DNA from: Bacteroidales bacterium
GTDB taxonomy: Bacteria; Bacteroidota; Bacteroidia; Bacteroidales; VadinHA17
DNA: 53,429 bases
NCBI GenBank assembly: GCA_046484805.1
Contig: JAWOIF010000055.1
Span: forward strand, 1-53,429
Direction of reading: 5' to 3'
Below, piece by piece: positions 27,745 to 37,813 of the stretch; position 1 is the first letter of the stretch, and every line of letters starts with the position of its first letter. A model generated the notes under the pieces. That model saw only the letters and a program-made list of their open reading frames with translations, ran no database searches and was not told where the DNA came from. A program made the position numbers and the translations under genes.

Positions 27745-30700
27745 ATGAATGAACCTTACCGTATTCGTGTAATGCGCGGATGCAGGATTTCCAGGATTTT
27801 GCTGGCGTGTTTTACAGCGTTATTCTTTCAGATGCAGGTTCTCTCGGTTTATGCTTCTGACGATCCGCTGTACCAGCAGCGTACCATCAGTGGTACAGTA
27901 ACCGATGAGACCGGATCACCGTTCCCTTTTGTAACGGTGTACGTTGATGGTAATACCACAATCGGTAGTATCACAGACGAGAAAGGAGAGTATCGTTTAA
28001 CAGTACCCCAGGGCTCAACATTATGTTTTGCCTTTGTAGGGTACAAGACACTCAAGTTCCCTCTCACTGCATCTGATGTTATGGATGTAAAGATGGAACC
28101 AGAGATGAAGGCCCTTGATGAAGTAGTCGTCGTGGGATTTGGAGAGCAGCGCCGGGCTTCGGTATCAGCAGCTGTTACCACAATTTCCGCAGACGAAATA
28201 ATACAGAGTCCTGTTGCCAACATCACAAATGCCCTCGCAGGGCGGCTCCCCGGTCTTACCACCATTCAGACCGGTGGTCAGCCTGGACTTGATGCCGCTG
28301 CTCTGTATATCAGGGGTAGAGGTACCTGGAACAACGCTGATCCTCTTTACGTTATTGACGGAGTTGAGAGAACATCAGCTATTTTCCAGACCATGGACCC
28401 ATCTGAGGTCGAATCGTTCACAGTACTGAAGGATGCAGCAGCGACCGCAGTTTACGGAACAAAGGGAGCTAACGGTGTTGTGCTTATCAACACCAAGAGA
28501 GGGCAGGAAGGAACAACCACTGTCAGCATAAACAGTTCGGTTACCCTTCAGCAGTTCACACGCTATCCCAGGTTTCTTGATTCGTATGAGAGCCTTAAGT
28601 TATACAATGAAGCTCTTATGAACGACGGACTTGATCCTGTCTACTCGGAGTATGATCTTGAGATGTATCGCACGGGTGCTGATCCTTACCGTTACCCCAA
28701 TACCGACTGGTATGAGCTTATGATGAAGAAGGTAGCACCACAGTACAGAACTTCAGTGAACCTTCGTGGCGGGTCAAGGACGGTCAGGTATTTTGTCTCT
28801 GCATCGTATATGCGTCAGGAGGGTCAGTTGAAGACGCAGCCGGGCAGGATTTATAATCCGAGATTTGCTTATGACAATTACCGTTTTACTTCCAATGTTG
28901 ACGCGATTATTACCAATGCTTTCACACTTACCTTCGAGCTTGCCGGCAATCTGTCCGACAGAAGTGATCCGTGGGAGCAGATGGGTATATTCCATAATAT
29001 GAACAGGCTGGGTCCATGGGTGATCCCGGCTACCAACCCCGACGGCTCTTACGCCGGTAACTCAGAGTTTCCTGATTTCAATCCTCTTTACCTTATTCAA
29101 ACGAGAGGTAATGATACCAGGCTGAACAACAGTATAACAAGTGCTATCAAGCTGGCATTCAACCTTGATAAATACGTGAAGGGTCTGAGTATCAACGGAA
29201 GGGTTGCCTATGACTCGAACTTTGGTTATTACAAGGGATGGTCTGAGACACAGTCAACATTCCAGCTGATCTCACGGCCCGGAAGAGCTGACAGGTACAC
29301 ATCATATCTTACTCCATCTTTCTTCTCTCCCTCCTACAGTACGATGACTGCACAGAGGACAGTTGATGCTTTGGGTAATATTGTATATAACCGCCGTTTC
29401 GGTGATCATTCACTAAGGATACAGGGTGTGGCTAATATTTCTGAGTACAGAACAGGCACAGCCATACCATATAACTCTGTAAGTTTTATTGCAAGGGCCA
29501 ACTACGGTTACAAGAACAAGTATAATCTTGAGGCCAACACCGCCTACAGGGGTTCAGAGAACTTTGCTCCCGGAAGGAGATTTGGTTTGTTCCCGTCTGT
29601 ATCACTCAGCTGGAATATCCAGGAAGAGTCTTTCATGCAGTCGCTTACGATGATAAATGTAGCGAAGCTTCGTGCATCCTACGGTCGTTCGGGTAGTGAT
29701 TATGCCGGAACCAGGTTTATCTACAAAGAGGGTAAGTGGACTACAAACACCACAACACGTGCCTATTTTGGCGAAGAGCTGGGAGCGTCACTGGGAGGCT
29801 CATATGAGCCTGATATTGCCAACCCGCTGGCTACCTGGGAGACTGCCGAACAGATAAACCTTGGTTTCGACCTTGTTGTCTTCAGGAACAGGCTCTCAAT
29901 GTCATTTGACAGATTCTTTGAAAGAAGGACCGGTATTCTGCAGACACCAAGAAGTGTTCCCGGTATTCTCGGTATTGGCACGCCGGACCTTAATATTGGT
30001 GAGACATCACGTGAAGGCTGGGAGTATGATGTAACATACAGGCACGAACTGGCAAGCAGGGTAGTATTGACCTTAAGACCAAATATAGCCTATTCTGTTA
30101 ATAAGGTGGTTTTCAGGGATGAACCTGAAGATGCCGATTGGTGGAGTAAGCAGGAGGGTAAGCCTATAGGTCAGTTTATGGGTTACCAGGTACTTGGTTT
30201 CTTTAAGGATCAGGCAGACATTGATAATTCACCCGTACAGCAGGTAGGAAGCACACCGATACCTGGTGATTTTAAATATATGGACTACAACGGTGACGGA
30301 GTTGTCAATGAGTATGACAGGGTACCGATTGGTTACACTACCATGCCCAGATTTACCTTTGGTACAACATTGGGTATGAATATTGGTAATGTCAACTTCA
30401 GTGTCCATTTCCAGGGAGCTGCCCAGTCAAGCATTTATGTCTCGCAGATGCTTATGTGGGAATTCTATAACAGGAGTAAGGTTCAGGAGCATCATCTGGA
30501 AAGATGGACTCCTACCACACATGAGACTGCAACCTATCCGGCACTTCATATCGGAGCTATAAGTCAGAATCATGTGCAGAACTCTTTCTTCATCCAGGAT
30601 AATACCTACCTGAGGCTGAAGACAGCAGAAATTGGCTACACGATTCCCAGTACTTTGATAAGAAGAGTGGGACTGAAGGGTTTACGGCTGTATCTGAGTG

Positions 30701-30822
30701 GTACGAACCTTTTGACATGGGACAGGTTTAAGGTGCTCGACCCGGAAGTTAGATCAGGTACCACAACCCAGTGGTATCCGCAGTCAAGGAACTACAGTTT
30801 TGGGTTTAACCTTAATTTTTAA
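27745..30822 (+). CDS. SusC/RagA TonB-dependent transporter 1
   Basis: N-terminal extension, plug motif LKDAAATAVYGTKGANGVVLINTKRG, PGDFKYMDYNGDG and terminal F. Start is ATG 27745 or TTG 27721. Confidence 0.95.
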   Translation: MNEPYRIRVMRGCRISRILLACFTALFFQMQVLSVYASDDPLYQQRTISGTVTDETGSPFPFVTVYVDGNTTIGSITDEKGEYRLTVPQGSTLCFAFVGYKTLKFPLTASDVMDVKMEPEMKALDEVVVVGFGEQRRASVSAAVTTISADEIIQSPVANITNALAGRLPGLTTIQTGGQPGLDAAALYIRGRGTWNNADPLYVIDGVERTSAIFQTMDPSEVESFTVLKDAAATAVYGTKGANGVVLINTKRGQEGTTTVSINSSVTLQQFTRYPRFLDSYESLKLYNEALMNDGLDPVYSEYDLEMYRTGADPYRYPNTDWYELMMKKVAPQYRTSVNLRGGSRTVRYFVSASYMRQEGQLKTQPGRIYNPRFAYDNYRFTSNVDAIITNAFTLTFELAGNLSDRSDPWEQMGIFHNMNRLGPWVIPATNPDGSYAGNSEFPDFNPLYLIQTRGNDTRLNNSITSAIKLAFNLDKYVKGLSINGRVAYDSNFGYYKGWSETQSTFQLISRPGRADRYTSYLTPSFFSPSYSTMTAQRTVDALGNIVYNRRFGDHSLRIQGVANISEYRTGTAIPYNSVSFIARANYGYKNKYNLEANTAYRGSENFAPGRRFGLFPSVSLSWNIQEESFMQSLTMINVAKLRASYGRSGSDYAGTRFIYKEGKWTTNTTTRAYFGEELGASLGGSYEPDIANPLATWETAEQINLGFDLVVFRNRLSMSFDRFFERRTGILQTPRSVPGILGIGTPDLNIGETSREGWEYDVTYRHELASRVVLTLRPNIAYSVNKVVFRDEPEDADWWSKQEGKPIGQFMGYQVLGFFKDQADIDNSPVQQVGSTPIPGDFKYMDYNGDGVVNEYDRVPIGYTTMPRFTFGTTLGMNIGNVNFSVHFQGAAQSSIYVSQMLMWEFYNRSKVQEHHLERWTPTTHETATYPALHIGAISQNHVQNSFFIQDNTYLRLKTAEIGYTIPSTLIRRVGLKGLRLYLSGTNLLTWDRFKVLDPEVRSGTTTQWYPQSRNYSFGFNLNF

Positions 30823-30834
30823 GAGGAAACGGAT

Positions 30835-32676
30835 ATGAAACATCTATTTAAATATATAATAATTCTGGCCATTGTCGCAGGGTTCTCACTTACATCGTGT
30901 GATGAGTTTCTTGATCAGGCTCCGGCCGGAGAGGAGACCAGCGAATATATATTCGAGGATTACCTCAGGGCAGCCAGGTATATGGATCTTCTCTATTACT
31001 ATACACCTCCGCTCTGGGAAGCTGCAAGAGGTTTCGGGACCTACGGTTTTATTGAGACCGGCACCGATATGGCAAGGTATAATGCCTCCTATGGAACTGC
31101 CAATCAGTCAATAAATCTGGGTAACTGGAGGGCAAGTGTTGCATCTTCCGAGATCAGCAGATGGGGAGACCTGTATGCCCAGATCAGGAGAGCACATATG
31201 TTTCTTGACAATATCGATCTTTTTCAGAATGAACCAACTTTCGAAGGAGAGAGTCGTAAGGTGACCATGAGGGGAGAGGTTCATTTTATGATTGGGTTCT
31301 ATTATTTCGAATTGCTTAAGAGATATGGGGGTGTACCCCTTGTAAAAGAGGTATTATCACTTGATTCTGATTTCAAGATTCCAAGAGCTTCATATGATGA
31401 TGTAAAGGAATATATACTTGACAATCTTGATATTGCCTATGATCTTGTTCCTGATGAGTGGCCAACAGACAATTATGGCAGGGTAACCAAAGCGCAGGTA
31501 ATGGCACTAAAGAGCCGGCTTCTGCTCTATGCCGCCAGTCCGCTTAACAATCCGACCAACGATCAGGCCCGCTGGCTGGAAGCTGCCGAGGCTTCCAGAG
31601 ACCTTATCGACTATCTTGATGAGAATAATATGCATCCTCTCTTTCACGACTACCAGGAGATATTTATGAGATCATGGTCCAGTGATGTTCCGGAGATTAT
31701 AATGCCAAGACACAGGGGCGCCAGTACCGTCTCCTTTAACAGCAATCTTATTCTTTACGGACAGGGTCTGCCACATTCAGATTTCCAGGCTTATGGTAAC
31801 ACTTCGCCAACCCAGAATTTCGTTGACAGGTTTGAGGTTATTGAGTACGACGCAGGTGGCAATCCTGTTGGATCGGTTCCATTTGACTGGAATAATCCTG
31901 ATCATGTCGCAAATATCTATGATAACCGCGACCCCAGATTCTATTATACTGTTCTGTACAATAATCAGTATTGGATAAAGAGGAATATTGAGGTATGGCG
32001 CGATGGCGACAACTGGGGAAAGGATTACAATCCCAAGAACCACTTCTATACCAGAACAGGGTATTATATGAGGAAATACTGGCCGCGTGAGTGTCAGGAC
32101 TATTCAAATGCCGGATCGGCACGGGTTACCAGCTTCTATATCCGAACAGGCGAGATCTATCTCAACTATGCCGAAGCTATGAACGAGCTTTACGGTCCTG
32201 AAACTGATAATCTCGGCAGAGCCTCAGGATCCAAAACGGCTCTTGATATTATCAACAGGCTTAGAGACAGGCTGGTTTGTCCTGCAAGTGAGGATATTTC
32301 CGGTCAGAGTGACCCTTATTACAACGTTTGGTTCGAAAGAAACTGGAACGATAATTTCCCTGTACTTCCTGATGGAATGCCGCACATCCCAACAGGCCTG
32401 TCGAAGGATGATTTTCGTGAAAGATGCCTGAATGAGAGAGCCATTGAGATGGCCTTCGAGCAGCACTACTGGTTTGATGCCTTAAGGCTGAAGAGGGGTG
32501 AAGATCGTATCGGAGGAACAATCTATGGTGTTGACGTTGTTAAGGATGGTGATAACTTTATATATACCAGGAAGGAAGTTGAGCAGAGGGTGTTTGATCC
32601 GTCACGAATGTATCTCTATCCCATTCCGCAAAATGATGTTTATATCATGGGTATAGACCAGAACCCCGGATGGTAA
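30835..32676 (+). CDS. SusD/RagB lipoprotein 1
   Basis: Lipobox LTSC, YGGVP, RDPRF, ERAIEMAFE and QNPGW. Confidence 0.95.
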   Translation: MKHLFKYIIILAIVAGFSLTSCDEFLDQAPAGEETSEYIFEDYLRAARYMDLLYYYTPPLWEAARGFGTYGFIETGTDMARYNASYGTANQSINLGNWRASVASSEISRWGDLYAQIRRAHMFLDNIDLFQNEPTFEGESRKVTMRGEVHFMIGFYYFELLKRYGGVPLVKEVLSLDSDFKIPRASYDDVKEYILDNLDIAYDLVPDEWPTDNYGRVTKAQVMALKSRLLLYAASPLNNPTNDQARWLEAAEASRDLIDYLDENNMHPLFHDYQEIFMRSWSSDVPEIIMPRHRGASTVSFNSNLILYGQGLPHSDFQAYGNTSPTQNFVDRFEVIEYDAGGNPVGSVPFDWNNPDHVANIYDNRDPRFYYTVLYNNQYWIKRNIEVWRDGDNWGKDYNPKNHFYTRTGYYMRKYWPRECQDYSNAGSARVTSFYIRTGEIYLNYAEAMNELYGPETDNLGRASGSKTALDIINRLRDRLVCPASEDISGQSDPYYNVWFERNWNDNFPVLPDGMPHIPTGLSKDDFRERCLNERAIEMAFEQHYWFDALRLKRGEDRIGGTIYGVDVVKDGDNFIYTRKEVEQRVFDPSRMYLYPIPQNDVYIMGIDQNPGW

Positions 32677-32698
32677 TAATAACTAACTTAAAAATTTG

Positions 32699-35600
32699 AT
32701 GAAGATGTCTTTAATCAAAAATCATATAAAAAACGGAATAATCGGCAAGTCATTGCTGGTAGCTTTTATTTCCGTTTTCGCATGGATGACATGTTTGCCG
32801 GAGGTAAATGGTCAGGGCCGTCAGAACCCGATAACAGTAGACGGGGTTGTGAGGTCTGCTCAGAATCTTCCTGTAATGGGAGCGACAGTATATCTGCAGG
32901 AGTCGACCACATTTACTACCACCGATGAATTCGGGAACTTCACATTAGAGGTTCCCGGTGCTAACTCAGTTATCAATATCGAGGCAGAGGGTTTCGAACC
33001 CCTCTCCGTAACAATTATTGATGACAAATTTCTCGATCTGACCCTTGATTTTTCAGTTGCCGGTCAGGGTATTAGTGACAGAGTATTCGTTGCCTGGGGT
33101 GTATCTGACCGTCGTAGTAATGTCGGTTCGATATCAGCTATCTCTCACGATGAACTCAGAAAGAGTCCGGTTATGAATCTGGCAACGGCAGTTTCAGGTC
33201 GTTTGTCAGGCTTCACCGTAGTACAGGGTTCCGGAACCCCGGGACTTGAAGATGTTGAATGGCGTATAAGGGGTATCAGAACCCTTGAGGACGGAGGCAT
33301 GAACAATATGGCAAAAGGAGGTGTCGGAGCACCAACAATCATTGTTGATGGTTTTGAACGTGATTTTACCGATTTTGATGCCAGTGAGATTGAATCGATA
33401 AGTGTTCTCAAGGATGCCTCTGCCACTGCTTTATACGGACTACGTGGTGCAAACGGGGTGATCCTTGTTAATACCAGGAGAGGTCAGGCTAACAGAAGGA
33501 CAATTGACGTTGAGGTTAGTAACGGTATAGTTGTGCCAACAAGGCTTCCAAATTTCCTTGATGCCTACGATTATGCCACACTTTTCAATGAAGCCAGATT
33601 AAATGATGGTCTCGATGCTCCTGGCAGCCCCTTCTACAGTGAGACTGATCTTCAGAAATTCAGGTCAGGATCGGATCCTCTTACCCATCCTGATGTAGAT
33701 TTCTACGATGAGTTTCTCAAGAAGTATACCCATCAGAGGAAAGCTGCACTGACACTTTCCGGCGGTAATAATATTGTAAGGTATTTTGTGTCATTTGCAT
33801 ACAATAATCAGGGTGGCTTGTATGACAGGACCGACGAGGGAACCCTGTTTACCACCAAGACCAATTACACAAGGTACAACACGAGGGTTAATCTCGATAT
33901 CGCTGTTACAAAGCGTTTTTCAGCCGCTTTCAATCTGGCCGGAAGGATAGAGGACCGCAGGTATCCATACGATAGTGAGGGCAATATCTTTAACGACCTC
34001 TCAAACACACCCCCGACGGCTTATCCGTTGTCGTTCACAGGTATCGACCCTGCTCTTAACAAGGAGATATTTATGCTGGGCGGGAACTCGACATACACAA
34101 CCAATCCTCTGGGACGTTTGTCATACAGAGGTTTTCGCGAAGATACCAGACGTTATTATCAGATAGGAACAAAGCTGAGTTATGACCTGGGTGATATTAC
34201 GGAAGGACTGAAGCTGAACTTTGAGTTCAATGCCGACGGCTATAACTACTTCAGGGTTTCACAGTATATGAACTACCAGGTATGGGACAGGGTTGTACAG
34301 CCTGATAACTCGATAGCGTATGTTTCATTCAATACTCCTTCCTCGCTTTCGAGATCTTATGGAACTGACACCTATACCAGTACCGGTTCGAATCTCTATC
34401 TGACATGGGACAGGACCTACGGTGATAATGGCTTTAAGGTTATTGCACTCTGGAGAAGGTGGACAACTGTATTTCCGCAGGCCAACCAGCCAGACCAGAA
34501 ACTGGAGGATTATGCAATCAGGGCTAACTATTCATATAAGAACAGGTACTTCCTGGAGGGGAATTTTGCCCTTTCCGGAAGCGAGAACTTTTTCATGACC
34601 AACACTCCGAGGATACCCCTGCCTGCATTTGCAGCGGGATGGATTATCTCAGAGGAGGATTTCATATCAGAATCTGACTTTCTACAGTTTCTTAAGTTGA
34701 AGGCTTCATGGGGTATAACAGCCAATCATGATTATACCTTCCCTGATCCTAATGGTATTAAATACCGCTATGCATACAGGAACAGGTGGTGGAGTCAGAA
34801 CAGTCAGCAGGCATTTGGCGCCGCACTTGCTTACGTTAGTCCTATTGTAAGGGAAGGTGTTGTACCAAATCCTGATATAACTGCCGAAAAGGCAATGATG
34901 ACCAATATAGGTATTGAGGCCGGTATGCTTGACAACAGACTCTCTTTTACCACTGAAGTATGGCATGAGAAGCGTTACGATATTTTTACAAGGGGTGTAG
35001 GTAGTATTCCTCTTGCATTCGGAGCACTTTCATCAAACCTGCCAATCGAAAATGAGGGAATAGTTCTGAGCAAGGGAATTGAGACTACACTGGGATGGAG
35101 AGACAATGCCAGCTCAAGCTTTGGTTACTGGGTTAACGGTATGGTTGATTTCTGGACAAACAAGATAGACTACATGGCGGAACCCTACAAGGAGGATCCT
35201 TACAGGGTAGAAACCGGAGGACTTGTACGTCAGAATTACGGCCTTATTGCTCTGGGTCTTTTCAAGAACCAGGATGAGATCGACAATAGTCCGGAACAAC
35301 TGTTCGGTCCTTATCAGCCCGGAGATATCAAATACAAAGACATGAATGACGATGGAGTGATCGATGCCAATGATTATTCGGCAGTCGGCAGAAGCACTTT
35401 CCCGCAGCTTTCATATTCACTTGATATGGGTATTCGTGCCGGTAATTTTGATTTCTCCGTTCTTCTTCAGGGAAGTTCAATGAAGAGTTACTACCTGAAT
35501 AATAACGTTATCCGCGCTTTCACCAGTAATGGTAAGATTTCAGATTTTGCCCTTAACAGGTATACCGATGAAGCAAGCTGGGCCACTGCCGATTATCCGA

Positions 35601-35878
35601 GGCTTACGACTGTCGCCAATGATAACAACTGGAGAATCTCTACCTTCTGGCTCAGGGATGCAGCATTTCTACGGGTCAGGAACCTGGAGATCGGTTATAA
35701 TCTCCCCATGGAAGCCGCACGCAAAATGGGGATGTATGGTATGAGGATATATCTTAACGCATATAACCTTCTGTCACTGGATAACTTCAAGACTTTTGAC
35801 CCTGAAGACCCGAATGCCGGTATAAGCAAATATCCGATGACGAGCATTGTAAACCTGGGTGTCAACCTTAAATTCTAG
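32699..35878 (+). CDS. SusC/RagA TonB-dependent transporter 2
   Basis: LKDASATALYGLRGANGVILVNTRRG, PGDIKYKDMNDDG and terminal F. Confidence 0.95.
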   Translation: MKMSLIKNHIKNGIIGKSLLVAFISVFAWMTCLPEVNGQGRQNPITVDGVVRSAQNLPVMGATVYLQESTTFTTTDEFGNFTLEVPGANSVINIEAEGFEPLSVTIIDDKFLDLTLDFSVAGQGISDRVFVAWGVSDRRSNVGSISAISHDELRKSPVMNLATAVSGRLSGFTVVQGSGTPGLEDVEWRIRGIRTLEDGGMNNMAKGGVGAPTIIVDGFERDFTDFDASEIESISVLKDASATALYGLRGANGVILVNTRRGQANRRTIDVEVSNGIVVPTRLPNFLDAYDYATLFNEARLNDGLDAPGSPFYSETDLQKFRSGSDPLTHPDVDFYDEFLKKYTHQRKAALTLSGGNNIVRYFVSFAYNNQGGLYDRTDEGTLFTTKTNYTRYNTRVNLDIAVTKRFSAAFNLAGRIEDRRYPYDSEGNIFNDLSNTPPTAYPLSFTGIDPALNKEIFMLGGNSTYTTNPLGRLSYRGFREDTRRYYQIGTKLSYDLGDITEGLKLNFEFNADGYNYFRVSQYMNYQVWDRVVQPDNSIAYVSFNTPSSLSRSYGTDTYTSTGSNLYLTWDRTYGDNGFKVIALWRRWTTVFPQANQPDQKLEDYAIRANYSYKNRYFLEGNFALSGSENFFMTNTPRIPLPAFAAGWIISEEDFISESDFLQFLKLKASWGITANHDYTFPDPNGIKYRYAYRNRWWSQNSQQAFGAALAYVSPIVREGVVPNPDITAEKAMMTNIGIEAGMLDNRLSFTTEVWHEKRYDIFTRGVGSIPLAFGALSSNLPIENEGIVLSKGIETTLGWRDNASSSFGYWVNGMVDFWTNKIDYMAEPYKEDPYRVETGGLVRQNYGLIALGLFKNQDEIDNSPEQLFGPYQPGDIKYKDMNDDGVIDANDYSAVGRSTFPQLSYSLDMGIRAGNFDFSVLLQGSSMKSYYLNNNVIRAFTSNGKISDFALNRYTDEASWATADYPRLTTVANDNNWRISTFWLRDAAFLRVRNLEIGYNLPMEAARKMGMYGMRIYLNAYNLLSLDNFKTFDPEDPNAGISKYPMTSIVNLGVNLKF

Positions 35879-35881
35879 ATT

Positions 35882-37777
35882 ATGAAAAAGTATCATAAAA
35901 TAATAGAAGCTATTAAAAAACCTTCCGTTGTAATTGCTGCCCTGCTGATGATGGCAGCCTGTGAAAGGCCCTACCTGGAGCCCTGGCCGCCTGATGGCGC
36001 CAGGACCCCGGAGGATGTTTGGAACTACTACTACTTCACACGCGGGTTCCTCGATGCACTATATGCCGACCATATGACAAATGTCTATTATAACGACGTT
36101 CAAGGTTATGGTATGCTCGCTTCAGCAACTGACGAAGCTGTTCATTCAGACCTGCAGGGGGAGGTAAGAAACTTTACCAATGGTATCTGGAACCCCACTA
36201 ATGTTCCGGAGGTTCGTTATGGCGGACCGTGGACATCATCCAGAATGCTAGCTTCACCATGGGATAATTCCTTCAGGGGAATCAGAAGGGTAAATATTTT
36301 CCTTGAGAATGTTGACAACTCTGTTTTCATAGATGATGTCACCAATCCAGACAGAGCCTTTGACCGTACTCACGGAAAGGGACAGGCCTACTTCTGGAGG
36401 GCCTTCCTTATGTTCGACCTGCTTCAGAAGTACGGTCCCTTCCCTATATCAACCGAGAGTCTCAGCCTTGATGATGATATCTTTGCTCCGAGGAACACAC
36501 TTGATGAGTGCTTTGAGCAGATAATAACAGACTGTGACAGTGCTATTGCCAATCTTCCATTGCTCTGGACTGACAATAAGTGGTACAGAGCTAATCTTAC
36601 CGCAGCACAGGCACTCAAATCAAGGGTTGCTCTCTACTATGCCAGTCCCCTCTATCAGGGTGACTTCGAAACTTTCGGTCTTGAGAAGAATACGGTAGGT
36701 AATGTTGACAGGTGGATTGATGCAGCCAATTATGCAAAGGACTGTATTGATGATAACAGCTTTTATAATTTGATGAGCGTTACAAGGTTTAACAGACCTT
36801 TCTCAAATACCAACACCTATAATAACAGAGTTGGATTTGTTAGCAGTACGTCTCAATATGAGATTATCTTCTCAACACCTATGTACTCAACATACCAGTA
36901 TCTGAATCATTATATGAATATGCCTGCCGGTGTTGAGGGCTGCCGCGGATATACCAATCCCACCCAGGAGATGGTTGATGCCTATGAGGTGGTGCCTCTC
37001 GATGGAAGCGGCAAACCTGTAACCGGAGCAACATCAGAGGTGTTTGACTGGGATAACCCGGTACATGCCGATAATCCGTATGCAAACAGGGATCCCCGCT
37101 TCTATGCCTCAATAAACTTCAACGGATATTTCTGGGGTACCTCTTCTGCAAGTGGTTACTATATTGATACATATGAGGGAGGGGTTCACCGTCAGCCTAG
37201 TATCCCGACATCAACAAAAACGGGATACTACTACAGGAAGTTCATGCATGAGTCATTCTATGCCTATGCAACCGGCAGGTACAGCAGTCCTACCAGCGGA
37301 AGGATAGTAAGCCGCCTCGCCGAGATTATTCTCAACTATGCAGAGGCAATGAACGAAGCTTATGGACCTGACGTACCACATACCGAGGGCGACCTGAGGA
37401 TTGGCGGATCGACAGCACGCGAAGCTGTTAATCTGATCAGGGCCAGGGTAAATATGCCTCCTGTTCCACTGGGACTCAGTCAGGCTGAGATGCGCGAAAG
37501 GATCAAGCATGAGCGCCGTGTTGAGCTGGGTTTTGAAGGACACCGGTTTTATGACCTGAGGCGCTGGAAAGAGGGCGAAAAGCTTGGCGGACCGGTGCAT
37601 GGTGTAAGGATAACACCTACCGGATTTGATGTGGACAACAGGCCAATAGGTTTTACCTACGACGTAGAAGAGGTCGAAACCAGAGTCTGGGCTGACAAGA
37701 TGTACTGGTGGCCGATACCATATTCAGAAATAGTGAAATATGAAGGCAAGCTTTCTCAGAATCCGGGCTGGAACTAA
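35882..37777 (+). CDS. SusD/RagB lipoprotein 2
   Basis: Lipobox MAAC, RDPRF, ERRVELGFEGHRFYDLRRWK and QNPGWN. Confidence 0.95.
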   Translation: MKKYHKIIEAIKKPSVVIAALLMMAACERPYLEPWPPDGARTPEDVWNYYYFTRGFLDALYADHMTNVYYNDVQGYGMLASATDEAVHSDLQGEVRNFTNGIWNPTNVPEVRYGGPWTSSRMLASPWDNSFRGIRRVNIFLENVDNSVFIDDVTNPDRAFDRTHGKGQAYFWRAFLMFDLLQKYGPFPISTESLSLDDDIFAPRNTLDECFEQIITDCDSAIANLPLLWTDNKWYRANLTAAQALKSRVALYYASPLYQGDFETFGLEKNTVGNVDRWIDAANYAKDCIDDNSFYNLMSVTRFNRPFSNTNTYNNRVGFVSSTSQYEIIFSTPMYSTYQYLNHYMNMPAGVEGCRGYTNPTQEMVDAYEVVPLDGSGKPVTGATSEVFDWDNPVHADNPYANRDPRFYASINFNGYFWGTSSASGYYIDTYEGGVHRQPSIPTSTKTGYYYRKFMHESFYAYATGRYSSPTSGRIVSRLAEIILNYAEAMNEAYGPDVPHTEGDLRIGGSTAREAVNLIRARVNMPPVPLGLSQAEMRERIKHERRVELGFEGHRFYDLRRWKEGEKLGGPVHGVRITPTGFDVDNRPIGFTYDVEEVETRVWADKMYWWPIPYSEIVKYEGKLSQNPGWN

Positions 37778-37813
37778 TAATTAGTACTTGTGACAACAAA
37801 GAAGATTAATTCT

